A DNA stretch of 64,000 nucleotides, taken from NCBI GenBank assembly GCA_019058315.1, contig JAHPZH010000002.1:576001-640000 (forward strand), written 5' to 3'. Made by a program: the position numbers and the translations under genes. The DNA comes from Candidatus Helarchaeota archaeon. GTDB taxonomy: Archaea > Asgardarchaeota > Lokiarchaeia > Helarchaeales > RDOG01. Below, piece after piece: positions 49,801 through 60,400 of this stretch. Numbering within the stretch: the stretch's first letter is position 1; every line of letters begins with the position of its first letter. The notes beneath the pieces are model-generated. The model ran no database searches. It was not told the origin of the DNA and worked only from the letters and a program-made list of their open reading frames with translations.

Positions 49801-52800
49801 TAATTTAGGAACGGTAGTAGACGACGGCTCTTTTATTAATAATTTTATCCCAACAAACCTTACCTTAATGATGAATGATTCCTATGGACCAATATATATT
49901 GATAACGTCATGTTTAGAAATGCAAAAACCCTAGAAGAAGCCCAAAAACAATGGTACCAAGATCATTTACTATTTAATTTAACAATAGAAACAGAAACCT
50001 TAAAAGATACATTTGCAAAAATTTTATCTGAAATTGGAAGTTACAGGAATGGTATGGGTATAGCGTATCACTTTAATAGCCGTTATTTAATAGGTGCATA
50101 TGGAACACCCCAAGTTGGTTATTATAGTCAAGTTCTTGCTAATTTAAATGATCAAGCTACAGGTTATCCGATTGGTACGATGCCTACTGGAAATGACACA
50201 ATTGATGCTCAAAGAGGGTTACCATTAGCAAAGGTGCCATTTGAGATTAAATTAGATGACTTAAGACTTAATATTAAAGAAATTTTTCCACAATTCGGTG
50301 ATGGTGCCTCAAGTCTGCTTAATTCCATTGGTATTAATCCAAGTTTAATATCATACCTCAATAAATCATTAGATGATTGGGGAGTACAAACTGGTAAAGG
50401 TAGTGGTGCTGGTAATACGGGAACTCTTGCAGACCTCTTATTATTCGATTTAAACCAATTTCTAAAAATTTTATATCAAGATGGACCAGCTAATGACTTA
50501 TTTGATTTTATGATTGATCAAGGTTTTCTTAACGAAACATATTCTGCATTAAATTTAACAGCTTTAGTAGATGGTGCCTTAAATTTGCTTGGAGCCGATG
50601 ATTTAATGAGTGGTGCTACAGGTGGAGAAGATAGTGAAGACTTGTTTACAATGCTTCCAGAGTTACTACAAGCAACAAACATAAATTTTGATGACATTCT
50701 TCCAGGTCTAATTGACTATTTAATTGAAAATATGTCATATGAAAATGGTGTAAAGCTTTTTGAATTACTTGATGTTGCACTGAGCTCTACAGGAACAGAA
50801 ACCGCAGATATAGCAACTGGAATTGATGATGAAAGCTGGTTTGTTCTTTTCGATAACCTAAAAGCGTTATTAAATATTATAGATCCTATGGAGCTTGCAT
50901 ATGTCGCTATTAATAACCCATTGCCATTTGTAGACTATCTGAATAGAAGTTCAATGCTCTCAGAATATACAGTCATGCCTTTAATTGAAAGTCTATTTTC
51001 AGAAATGGAAGGAGGAGAAGAATTTGATTGGGATAAATTATTACGAAATGCAGCTGGACTTATAGAAGGACTTCTTTTTGGAGTTGATATTCCAGATGGA
51101 ATTACGCAACCATGGGAAAATAAGGGCATTAATCTTTTCGCTATGTTACAAGCACCAGAAAGTATACAAGACTATGATCCATTTAGCAATCAGACAATAA
51201 CTCTTGAAGAAGCAAGAATGGCATTAGAAAATCTCTATAATACGGGAAAAGGACTGGAAATTCAACAAGTTGGTGAAGGAAATTATATTGCAGATACTCC
51301 ACCATACGATAATTTACGAGTAGTATCAACAGAGGCTTTGGCCCTTATGTTAGCTGGTTTTACAGCTGAAGATATCTATCAGTTGTTAGCAGATCTGGGA
51401 ATTTTAGATCTGACTCAACTAGGCAGCACTGGAGGTGATGATATGTTCTCTGGAATAAATGCATTACTGCCCATTTTGGGAATGCTTGTTCCTCCAGGTG
51501 AATGGATGTCTATTCTCAGAGAAATGGGAATCTGGAGCACTTGGGATGGCGACTGGGATATGATGGTTTATGTAGATATTTGGGGAATGATCACAATTCC
51601 AATTAATGTAGCTGCTTTGATGGGAAGATTAGTTAATCTAGAAAAACTCCTTGCAACTGGTATAATGGAAATCCTCCCTGACTTTCCTATAGGTGGTGGT
51701 CAGATAGATCTTTTTAATATTCAATTAAGCCTTAATGAAAATCAAAGTTATGGGAATCCTTATTTCTACCAAACTGGGTATGACACAAGTTCAACAAGTG
51801 ATTCTCAACGAACTGGACCTTGGAGACAAAAGACGACTGGTTTAACGACTTCTTGTGATAACTGGGGTTGGGTTCCCATGGGTTGGGATCCAGGTGGTCC
51901 TCAATATGGAAGTCCTTTAAAAAATTATTCTTCAGATACAGGTGATGATTATCCGAGAAGTGTGCTCTCAAAAGTAATTTCCAATTTACCTATCTCAATT
52001 GATCTCGATATTGATGAAATCGATATTCCTAGAACTGAAATCTTACGTTTTGGCATAATTTTTGGTGACATTGTTATAGATATCGAAATGACCTTACCTA
52101 TTGATTTAGCGGTTCGATTACGAATGGAAGGAAATCCTGCTTCAATGGTAAAAGAATTGGAAACCGCAGGTATGTCACCATATGGATTCTTAACACATCT
52201 TTATCCAAATCCAAACCAATGGATATATGATATGTTTGGAGATCTAGCTGGTGGCGGAGGCGGTGGTGGAACAACTAGTAACATGGATTATTTGGATAAA
52301 ATCTTTAACAATTTGGACTTATTTGTAGATGCACTATTTACAGCTGATACTGATCTTATGCATACTATGTCATTCTTACTAGATCCCGATTTTATGAAGG
52401 GTTCAAGGTTTTACTTAGATCCAAGCTATATGGTTTGGGATATTGTAAATAATGTAACTGGTCTCGAGGAAGAAAATCCCGCAAAATATACATTATATTG
52501 GGATTACGATTATCAAGCAAATGGATATGGCAACGTAACACAAAGACCTTACTTCGGTGATGGTGATGAGGTTCCGGATGAATATCCTTGGTATCGTTTC
52601 TTCTTACCAAGTTATAACCAACTTAATCCTCATCGTGGTCCTGGTACCTATTTGCAAGCTGATATTTATCGATATCCACTGATTCTTGATCAATATACTC
52701 CCCTTGGATATCCTGGTCAAGGATATTGGCTGAATACACCAGATGGCACTCCCGATGGAGTTCAACATTATTGGTACGATACTCCATATGCTTATATCAA

Positions 52801-55800
52801 TACTACTCCAAGTGCAAGCGATCCTTGGCCAAATGTTGACCCAGATGACTGGGCTAATCCTAATGGTAATACTGGATCAGGTTATTATCAATGGACTGTG
52901 GGTGGAACAACTTATTATTGGGGTGAAAATGCCCCAGCACATCCTGATAGAGCCGATTTCCCTTATGAACAAGTTCCATTAGTTGACATTGATATGGGTG
53001 ATTGGGCTACATATGCACCATTATATTATGGATGGGCCTCAAATCCGGCACATCCGGTCTATGCATCTGGTGAAGCAAATAATAATTTTGGTACAGCTCC
53101 AGTCCATACTTCAATACAAGATACTGATAGTTATGGTTATCCCGACATCTGGGCTAGCTTTGCTTTTGCTTTGGATCAAACAGATTATAGATTCGGATAT
53201 TGGGAGAAAAATACAACTGCGCATAGTGTAGATAACACACCTTATGACTACTTAAACTGTCTACCTTTCTGGACTTTATTAAGTTTAGGTGTTACACCAC
53301 ATTTAAGTGGTGCAATAGATTTCTTCGATATTCCTGGTATGATGACTGATGTAGCTCAAGTTGCTACAGCTAATCTTGGTTCTGATTATTGGCATAAATC
53401 GGAATATAATAGGACTTATAGATGGTTTGAACCACACTGGGATTATATTGATAACAAAGGTTTTGCATATGAAGATAATGTATCATTAGGAGTTGATGGT
53501 CTGGTTACCATGAATGGAGCAGCAACAGCCTTTACTTCATATGGAAATCCGGTATGGACTGATTATGGAAATGGAACTGTTAAGGTCTGGAATAATATTG
53601 AATATTATGGAGATCTTTATGACGTAGATTTAAATCCATTTGGTTTGCTTCAATGGATCTGGGATGGAGCATCGGATGTTTTCAAATTGAATGATACTGG
53701 AGGAATACCTAAATATGAGTCATATATGACGAAATACCTCGCACCTTATTCAACACCTAACTTAAAGGGAGCTTTAGAATGGTTAGCTGATAAAGGTTTT
53801 ACAATTGATCACATATTGAATATCCTACCAACACTTATTGAAGATTTAAGTTCTTCTGCTGCTGGATCAACAGATATGCTAACAGACATGCTTGGTACTG
53901 AAACAATAGTAAATTTTATCAAATCAATGGAAGATTATTATAGAAGAGTTCCTGCTATAATAAATAGGACTGATTGGGCACTAAATCATGATCCAAACAG
54001 CCCAAATTACCTACTAGATATGGCCCAAAACCGAACTAGAGCAGCAGAGTTAATCCTTGAAGGATTAAGTGACTTTCCTGAGATTTTAGATATTAATCCT
54101 GCAAAAGCTGCAAGAGGAGCATTATCCTATTTAATGCCACGTGTAGCTGATATTTTTGGAACAGGTGGTGTTGGTGGTGAAGGCGGTACGGAAGAATTGT
54201 TAGACGGCTTAAACGACTTATTACACGATAGCGGTTTAGTGGACATAATTTTCGAAGATACAAGTAAAATAAGAAACCTTGCCTTAGACCTCTCAATTCA
54301 AAATACTATGTTGAATTTAACATTTATGGGTTGGAAGTTCATTGATATTCAATTAGACGATCTTGAAATTACCTTCAATTTAACCGAAATAGGAGAAGCT
54401 CTTGGTAATGAAGAAAGTGGCAATGGTGGTGGCGATTTTCCAATCGAATTACCACTTGATTTTGCGTCACCATTCCCATATATTGAGCTATCAACCTTTA
54501 ATGGACCATATGAGGTTACTTTTCAAGCATTAAATGCATCAAGTAGTCCAAATCCGGCTGAAATTGCAGGCGTTGACGTCTCATGGGGTCAAGTCTATTA
54601 TTGGGCAGATCCAGACGACCCATCTATAAATACATATTACTTCAATGTTACAATGTACGACTCTCCATTATCTGGCTGGTACAATGAGTCACTATTACCC
54701 GATATTCCACCGAACGCAAAGTTGTATATCCATAATGTATCCGATTTTGATCTTACACATACTAACGCTACTGGTCATGTCACTTTCTATGGTAATATTG
54801 GAGAAGATAATTTTGGTTGGGTTGATCCTTATGTCTATGTCCATGTCGAACCAATTGATTTACCTAACTTATTCTATTACTGGTGGAATGTAACAACAAT
54901 CTCAACTCAATTGACTTTAGGTGGTCATCAAGAAATTCAAAAGGCACGTTGGGTCACACCAAGAAGTGATGGTAAAGTTCCAAATATTGTTATACAAACT
55001 GCAACACCTTTCGACTCATACGTCACTGATATAGATAATGATGGTTTATCTGAAATCTTTGCTAGAGTCGAAATTGATAATAATACAATGTCAGATGTTC
55101 AAAAGATATTCTTTATGCCAAATGGTACTATAGATACTATAAATGTATCACATGCACTAGGATATGATATAGATCTTTGGGCTGATAGTAATATAATTCA
55201 GAATGATACTTGGGATGTCGACGGACTTGGTGGACAAACTAAATATACATTCTCTGAAGAAGTGACCCCTGATGGCTCGAATATAGTTTATCCAGTTTCG
55301 CCCAAGCTTATTACTGGAATTCAAGTAAATTCTGGTACTTGGATTGATGACTCTTTAACTAAAGCACAAATATACTATTATGATATCGAAGATGAAGATC
55401 AAGATAATCCAATCTATCTATTAAACTGGGACATAAGAGAAAATCAGTATATGGGAAGTTATGGTGGATGGGTCGAGAACTTAACTGGTAGTAACCGTTT
55501 AAGTATGATATATCCCGATACGTCTCCTACACAGCCTGAGACTTTAAGTTGGACAGTATTTGGTCAACTACAAGCAAGTGCAAACGCATCTAGAGGTGTG
55601 ACATTAGTATATGATGAAACTACTTATGGTGGTCAACAATACACTAATTTATATAGAATATGTGATTTAGATCTATTTCTCACAAATGTAACAGGCGCTA
55701 ATAGACTTAAAACACTCACTAACCTTGAACTTTGGTATTATGATTATTATGTGCCTGAAGGAGATGGCTATGGTTCAAAGAAACAATCTCTAATCTATTC

Positions 55801-57319
55801 ATATAATGGTAAATCAGTATTTCCGGGAACAACATACACTATTAATCGTGAACTGGGCGGAAATCCGACTGTCTTAGGTTACACAAATTCTGGTATGAAT
55901 TCATCAACTGCAGGTTATGATTTAATTTGGAATGGTCCATATCATCATCGTGATACTGGTGCTCACCATGCTTACTTTACCTATGTATTCCCAATTCCTT
56001 CAGATGCTTTTATTTCGGAAATCTTTTGGAATGTAACAAATCTAGATGATACTACGGCAAGCGGAATTAGTATTACTAATTTATCAGCATTCTACGGTGG
56101 CACTGGTCCTGCTGATCCAAATCGGGGTTGGAAGACTATAACAACTCCTGGATACGGTGGTGGTGGTGTCTATAGTGGTTCAATATACTCACAAACTTCA
56201 GTTGGTGGAACTTACTCAGATCCTTGGTCCCCTGGACATACACATCATTTATACCTAACAAGTCGTGGACAAGACACTTCTGAAACTTGGGAATATTTAA
56301 TGTTCGAAGTATATGTTCAAGATGATTTTATCACAGGTGCACAAGGTTGGGCTAATTTAGGATGGAATGATACAGATCCACCATTAGCCGATCAAGTAAA
56401 TAATCCATTGCCTGTCACTTTACTGTTAGAAATTAGGACTTATGATTTTCTCGATGAATGGGGTATGAATAACTTTGAACTTCCAGAAGGGCTAATTTCG
56501 GGATTCAAAGTTATCGCTACTATGTGGGATCCTCAAGAAATTGACGACTCTATTTCACCGACTTTCTATCCCAATTTCACAGTTTCTTATAAAACAGTTA
56601 GAATGGAAGACGGTTCTAATCTATTTCCATATGTGAATAACTCTATTCTTACGCCAAAAGTATATATCCGACTTGATATGGAAGATTCCATTGTTAATGA
56701 GGATGTAACAGGTGGTCGTGGGGATACTTTATATGTAGATCATAATCGCACATATGGATACCTTTGGCAACCATTACAATCAGCTAATCTACCATATGTT
56801 ACGACGAACTCGAGTATTCTCAATGTGGAATCAGAATTTTTAATTACAGTAAACGTAACACCTGATAACGCATTACGCAATTATTACCTCAATTTGACCT
56901 TACCTAACAGTAGAGGTTATATTGAACCAAAGCTAGGCAGACTAATAGTTATAAGCAATAATCCTGATGTTCAAAGGAGAATGGGAACATTTCCACCAAA
57001 AGTGATAATAGATCCGCGCATATTAAACGCAACATATCCATATCCACATATATATCGATTAGGAACCAAAATCGATTTAGATCCTACAACATACGAATAT
57101 TCTATTGAATATCATTTAACTTTCAGAGTTTCTGCACTGTTTCTAAAAGATTGGAGAGAAAATTACGCAACAAGTAATCCGTTTGAGAGATTCTATTTCT
57201 CTTGTGTCTGGGACAAACCTAGAGGTACTTTTGAATCTATTACTGAAAGATATATCAAAGCAACGACTTTTGGTCCGTTTGGAAGAGAAGAATATAGAGA
57301 AGTTTATATCCAAACTTAA
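46874..57319 (+). CDS. Giant (3481 aa) N-terminally anchored/secreted protein with LEA_2-like beta units, amphipathic helices, a LamG-like domain and nested beta repeats
   Basis: Uninterrupted ORF; GGAGA SD-like motif; single N-terminal hydrophobic helix; no C-terminal TM; acidic, with many sequons. Confidence 0.85.
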   Translation: MASFIRKNWLRTIVIIGLFAAAGAAPTIIEQQMLPLVQLSGLVTDYYNPLSGDLNIEDIINNIVSINVLATSATQTTLLITTYIVNQPYNFYPMKIPALDLDLYYRAGRPYDSEKQIIQQFKADPNFGSLKEPIYDPLSYSWVRTMNIIIPNEVNIPVGTPGLVNVLITMYTNGQDENALSQMISTIIREEKIPSQRLFASGNVFFMGVPVPISLEIPEFAMPTSDEEGAGLTDLLSTFFLDMVPETDDLDFFHLADIRNYDDQNRNFYRDWNDTILNGLKDEGENFTEPLLENGTISATAFLRLTDKLSIGGGSVEIPSSPWNVQEGQNQTTGLLNYGDLSYWDSENIFGETRYTPKTEIENTVWGTAEQQLLLYVPGSLAERMNQPNWRNRIIGAIGFNRSQSMSLESRGSSVPLLLSADIKITGDARPNANFTSGDAINTFIPQLIDYGNVSLGIVGNIKVKLGEMPLSLTIKLELEQDTSSLLGGSSSSVGASGLSALQNGGTSTSSIFDMIFGYFSLNNILFNGLAMDVYNKIMQVNSTLGLDLFFPYGIYFPDTPEEAEQFLSLQGGPIQIFNQSKPGEWGYLNQTFPYNKPDVVINEDFESYTDDNAWQTTSRWTIYNESGSDITLDLFSGKLGSRGLIYNSDGSADCHIENSFSQQLGISGFYFDVKINTTQGEFTALLHNSSSPIMNLTIDSLGNIKVNGLQSARINNNTDSWYRIFVTTNSDPIGTFDVTIAGIVNETHTGTGAESQFWLPNIITSGDIITIYAINEQDAEVSFDGNDVKNNFAVNQTLDNIYYVMINESFDGDGTTSDFTFANIANTTGATDAIVEVLMYNATNSTQKQVFTHTAGVPSAGYEYTRSSQQIFLYNAGVLYNPPIGFKINTTFYVEEDNYDAITGNTVLRFLYNPPADNATVTISFHTIDRPVFTYTTSPSTGYQYRWNPTYNRVDLYLDGSDYLLPLNYELFIDYNLGTVVDDGSFINNFIPTNLTLMMNDSYGPIYIDNVMFRNAKTLEEAQKQWYQDHLLFNLTIETETLKDTFAKILSEIGSYRNGMGIAYHFNSRYLIGAYGTPQVGYYSQVLANLNDQATGYPIGTMPTGNDTIDAQRGLPLAKVPFEIKLDDLRLNIKEIFPQFGDGASSLLNSIGINPSLISYLNKSLDDWGVQTGKGSGAGNTGTLADLLLFDLNQFLKILYQDGPANDLFDFMIDQGFLNETYSALNLTALVDGALNLLGADDLMSGATGGEDSEDLFTMLPELLQATNINFDDILPGLIDYLIENMSYENGVKLFELLDVALSSTGTETADIATGIDDESWFVLFDNLKALLNIIDPMELAYVAINNPLPFVDYLNRSSMLSEYTVMPLIESLFSEMEGGEEFDWDKLLRNAAGLIEGLLFGVDIPDGITQPWENKGINLFAMLQAPESIQDYDPFSNQTITLEEARMALENLYNTGKGLEIQQVGEGNYIADTPPYDNLRVVSTEALALMLAGFTAEDIYQLLADLGILDLTQLGSTGGDDMFSGINALLPILGMLVPPGEWMSILREMGIWSTWDGDWDMMVYVDIWGMITIPINVAALMGRLVNLEKLLATGIMEILPDFPIGGGQIDLFNIQLSLNENQSYGNPYFYQTGYDTSSTSDSQRTGPWRQKTTGLTTSCDNWGWVPMGWDPGGPQYGSPLKNYSSDTGDDYPRSVLSKVISNLPISIDLDIDEIDIPRTEILRFGIIFGDIVIDIEMTLPIDLAVRLRMEGNPASMVKELETAGMSPYGFLTHLYPNPNQWIYDMFGDLAGGGGGGGTTSNMDYLDKIFNNLDLFVDALFTADTDLMHTMSFLLDPDFMKGSRFYLDPSYMVWDIVNNVTGLEEENPAKYTLYWDYDYQANGYGNVTQRPYFGDGDEVPDEYPWYRFFLPSYNQLNPHRGPGTYLQADIYRYPLILDQYTPLGYPGQGYWLNTPDGTPDGVQHYWYDTPYAYINTTPSASDPWPNVDPDDWANPNGNTGSGYYQWTVGGTTYYWGENAPAHPDRADFPYEQVPLVDIDMGDWATYAPLYYGWASNPAHPVYASGEANNNFGTAPVHTSIQDTDSYGYPDIWASFAFALDQTDYRFGYWEKNTTAHSVDNTPYDYLNCLPFWTLLSLGVTPHLSGAIDFFDIPGMMTDVAQVATANLGSDYWHKSEYNRTYRWFEPHWDYIDNKGFAYEDNVSLGVDGLVTMNGAATAFTSYGNPVWTDYGNGTVKVWNNIEYYGDLYDVDLNPFGLLQWIWDGASDVFKLNDTGGIPKYESYMTKYLAPYSTPNLKGALEWLADKGFTIDHILNILPTLIEDLSSSAAGSTDMLTDMLGTETIVNFIKSMEDYYRRVPAIINRTDWALNHDPNSPNYLLDMAQNRTRAAELILEGLSDFPEILDINPAKAARGALSYLMPRVADIFGTGGVGGEGGTEELLDGLNDLLHDSGLVDIIFEDTSKIRNLALDLSIQNTMLNLTFMGWKFIDIQLDDLEITFNLTEIGEALGNEESGNGGGDFPIELPLDFASPFPYIELSTFNGPYEVTFQALNASSSPNPAEIAGVDVSWGQVYYWADPDDPSINTYYFNVTMYDSPLSGWYNESLLPDIPPNAKLYIHNVSDFDLTHTNATGHVTFYGNIGEDNFGWVDPYVYVHVEPIDLPNLFYYWWNVTTISTQLTLGGHQEIQKARWVTPRSDGKVPNIVIQTATPFDSYVTDIDNDGLSEIFARVEIDNNTMSDVQKIFFMPNGTIDTINVSHALGYDIDLWADSNIIQNDTWDVDGLGGQTKYTFSEEVTPDGSNIVYPVSPKLITGIQVNSGTWIDDSLTKAQIYYYDIEDEDQDNPIYLLNWDIRENQYMGSYGGWVENLTGSNRLSMIYPDTSPTQPETLSWTVFGQLQASANASRGVTLVYDETTYGGQQYTNLYRICDLDLFLTNVTGANRLKTLTNLELWYYDYYVPEGDGYGSKKQSLIYSYNGKSVFPGTTYTINRELGGNPTVLGYTNSGMNSSTAGYDLIWNGPYHHRDTGAHHAYFTYVFPIPSDAFISEIFWNVTNLDDTTASGISITNLSAFYGGTGPADPNRGWKTITTPGYGGGGVYSGSIYSQTSVGGTYSDPWSPGHTHHLYLTSRGQDTSETWEYLMFEVYVQDDFITGAQGWANLGWNDTDPPLADQVNNPLPVTLLLEIRTYDFLDEWGMNNFELPEGLISGFKVIATMWDPQEIDDSISPTFYPNFTVSYKTVRMEDGSNLFPYVNNSILTPKVYIRLDMEDSIVNEDVTGGRGDTLYVDHNRTYGYLWQPLQSANLPYVTTNSSILNVESEFLITVNVTPDNALRNYYLNLTLPNSRGYIEPKLGRLIVISNNPDVQRRMGTFPPKVIIDPRILNATYPYPHIYRLGTKIDLDPTTYEYSIEYHLTFRVSALFLKDWRENYATSNPFERFYFSCVWDKPRGTFESITERYIKATTFGPFGREEYREVYIQT

Positions 57320-57322
57320 AAA

Positions 57323-57361
57323 AATTTTCTTTAACTCATTCCTTTTTTTTTTGATTTTTTT
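57323..57361 (+). terminator. T-rich archaeal terminator-like tract
   Basis: Oligo-T runs (including T10) just after the stop of the 3481-aa gene. Confidence 0.45.
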
Positions 57362-57463
57362 AAAATTTCTATCCTAATCACAAAATTATTTAATTAACTT
57401 AGATAGTAAAGATTTGTAACACAAAGAATAAATTAAATATTAATATTAACATGGAATAGGAAA

Positions 57464-60400
57464 ATGAAAATCCGAAAGAAATTAGTAATTTTTTTTTTAC
57501 TCTCACAGATTTCATGCCAGTTCTTAATTTTATCCGCTTTATTTTCAACCAATGAAGATTATCCAAACTTTTTAAATCCTAATATTAATATATCAATTCC
57601 AATTGAAAGTAGTTCAGTTCCTTCTCCTTATTATGATAATTTCTTTAGTGAATATAACTGGGAATTTGATCCCAATTATGCACCTCTTCAGATTTTAACT
57701 GTTGTACACTATGATGAAAATTCGAATATGGATGATTTTGCATATCTATCTGCAATTCCTAATGTAATTTTTAATGATAGTGGAATTCGTAAAATTTCTC
57801 CAATAATATATGATAATGTTATAGATCATGAGAATACATTGGAATTTTTAAAAGAATGGAAACAATATAATGACATATTTGGTGGATTAAAGAGAGTAAT
57901 ATACGTTGGTGATGTTTCAAGTGCGACTCGAAATAAAATTACGGAGATTTTTGGAACACAAGGCGAAGCTGGTGCACCGATCAATTTTACGGGAAGTAAT
58001 ATTTTTGATTTATCCGCACAAATAAGTGATTATTTCTGGTATAAATCATCGAAAGCTGTTCTAGTATTAGGTGATGATACTTTTAACGAGCCAGAATCAA
58101 TTTATAATTATTCAATTAGTGATAATATCAATCCAAATACTTATTACTCTTTGATAGATAACATTACCAATATTAATTTAGAAGATATTTTTATTCCAAG
58201 TGCTCTAACTTTTGATGGTGGTGCGATATTTGCATACATTAATGATACAAATAATAAACTTGCATTAGATCTAATTGGAAATTATTCTACTTCAAATAAA
58301 TGGGTTTTTGACACTGATAATTCAACAAATAGTAATTTAATCTTCTTTCCTAACGTTACATATCCAGCAAATCTATCTGATTGGGCTATCCGTGTTTATA
58401 ATACTTCTCAAATTTCTTCTGATGTAGTATATAACATTACATTTTCCAATTTTACTGGCTTTTATCAACCTATAAAAGTTAATTATTCAAATACAAAATT
58501 AAAAATTGATATAAATTGGACAGACCCCCAAAAAGATATCGACTTATGGTTATTAAATCCAGATGGACAATTAGTAGAAAGCTCAGATCGCAATGGTTAC
58601 TTGTATGAAAGTGGTGAAACGAATGAATCAATATCAATCGAATATCCCTCAATGGGTAATTGGACTGTTATCGTCACCGCAAATGAGAATCAATCATCTA
58701 TTCCTTTTACATTAAAAATTAATTTTTTAAATCATTCGAATTATAAGACTAGATGCGTAGAATCTGCTTCTAATGGGGCAGTCATTGCTTCTCTTATGCA
58801 TGCTCCTATATTTTTCACGGATGGCAATAGTCTATCATCCTATACGCGAGAAATTTTATCAAGTTTATCACTTTCTGAAGTGATTGTAGTTGAACCTGGT
58901 AATACAATTAATGAGACCTTAATTACTGAGTTAGGTATTTCTACACTAAGTCTGGAAAACATTTCAATAATTCGTGAGTATATTCAAAATTTTAGCTTAC
59001 AAAACGATTTTATATTAACTACTCTTAAAGACGGCTATTTTGCCCCCGCAAGTTTGTTATCCGCTTATCATGGTGGAATAGTTCTACCGATTTTTAATGA
59101 AACTTTTAATTTCTACTCAAAAGCTCTAAGTAATTATAAATTGATGGAATATAGTTATTTTCAGGCCCCATTAACAGGTCCAGGACCAATTTATGAAGAT
59201 ATGACAGATCTTTCAGACGCCTTTCATAATTTTTTAAATGTTTTAGATCCTGGAGGTATCAACCGAACGGTTATAACTGTGTCTCAATTAACAGACTTAT
59301 ATCCAATCTTTGAAAGGGCAATAATTGGAGAATCATTTTCTGGCAGATTTCCTGGAGAAAATGAAATTGACGATACAACATATATATGTCGTTCCATATT
59401 ATATAGAGCCACAAACTATAAGAAATATACACCTAACGAAGATGCACTTTACCAACCTTATGAAAGAACGGGTTATTGGGCTGACCGATTCGATTCGATA
59501 AATCCTGAAGGTAATGCAAAGGGAAATTGGGGTATTTTTTCTGATGTATTGGTGAAAGATGCAAATGATAATAAATCCCATTTTTGTTTTAATAGTGTAT
59601 TAGGTGAAATATTGCGACCATCTTCTATACGTTTAAATGATTATGGTTTAGTTTTTGAAAATATAACGAAAATCAATATTAAATATCGCGCAAGAATCGG
59701 TTATAATGACTCTAATATTCAATTTGCAGGATTAAAGATTTGGAATTGGACTGCTTCTAATTTTACTACTCTTAGTACCTCCATTTTTAATTCAACAGAT
59801 TATATGGACGGATTTTTTTATATAACAGAAGATAATAAATCTCATTTTATAAGTTCTCAAGCTGATGGAAGACGAATCGAGCTTTTTATGTATGTAAATA
59901 CCACAGGACCATCAATTAATGCTTCTGTTGATCAAGTTCAATTTAATATAAGTATGTGGTCTCCATTTGCGAGACAAAGGGTTTTATCTTCTAGCATTTC
60001 ATATTGGCATAATTTCACATTTGGAGGTCAAAATTATAATTTTTCCGAGGTTATTCCAAATAATTTCTCAAATTATGCTTACATTGTCAATTATTCAACT
60101 TCTTTTTCTAACATTACTGATTTCCTTAAAAGTAATGTAGCCCTTTGGTATTTTTGTGGGATTGGTAATTATTCTGGAATTCCATTTAATGATAATGGAT
60201 CTATAAAATTAATGACAGATGATTATTGGAGAGGTTTTAATACAGGTCAATCTCCAGAGGATCCAATAGGAGCCGAAAATCCAGTGGATCCAAGTGGTGT
60301 ACTCGAAGATTGGATAGGTGGTAGTGAATTATTTACTGTATTAATAAATGAAAGCCTTAATTTATCTCATATAATTTTAAATAATGATTTCTTAGGTTCT

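Noticed and set aside
49100-49810. Phage-tail-like GDG repeats as evidence of a prophage or contractile system
   Set aside because: They lie inside a membrane-anchored cellular protein, with no capsid, sheath, terminase or baseplate genes nearby.
46874-57319. Visibly higher GC in the giant genes (also 23270-29062) as a sign of horizontal transfer
   Set aside because: It can be explained by Gly/Thr/Asp/Pro-rich composition versus Lys/Ile/Asn-rich neighbours. Third positions remain A/T-rich and there are no mobility genes.
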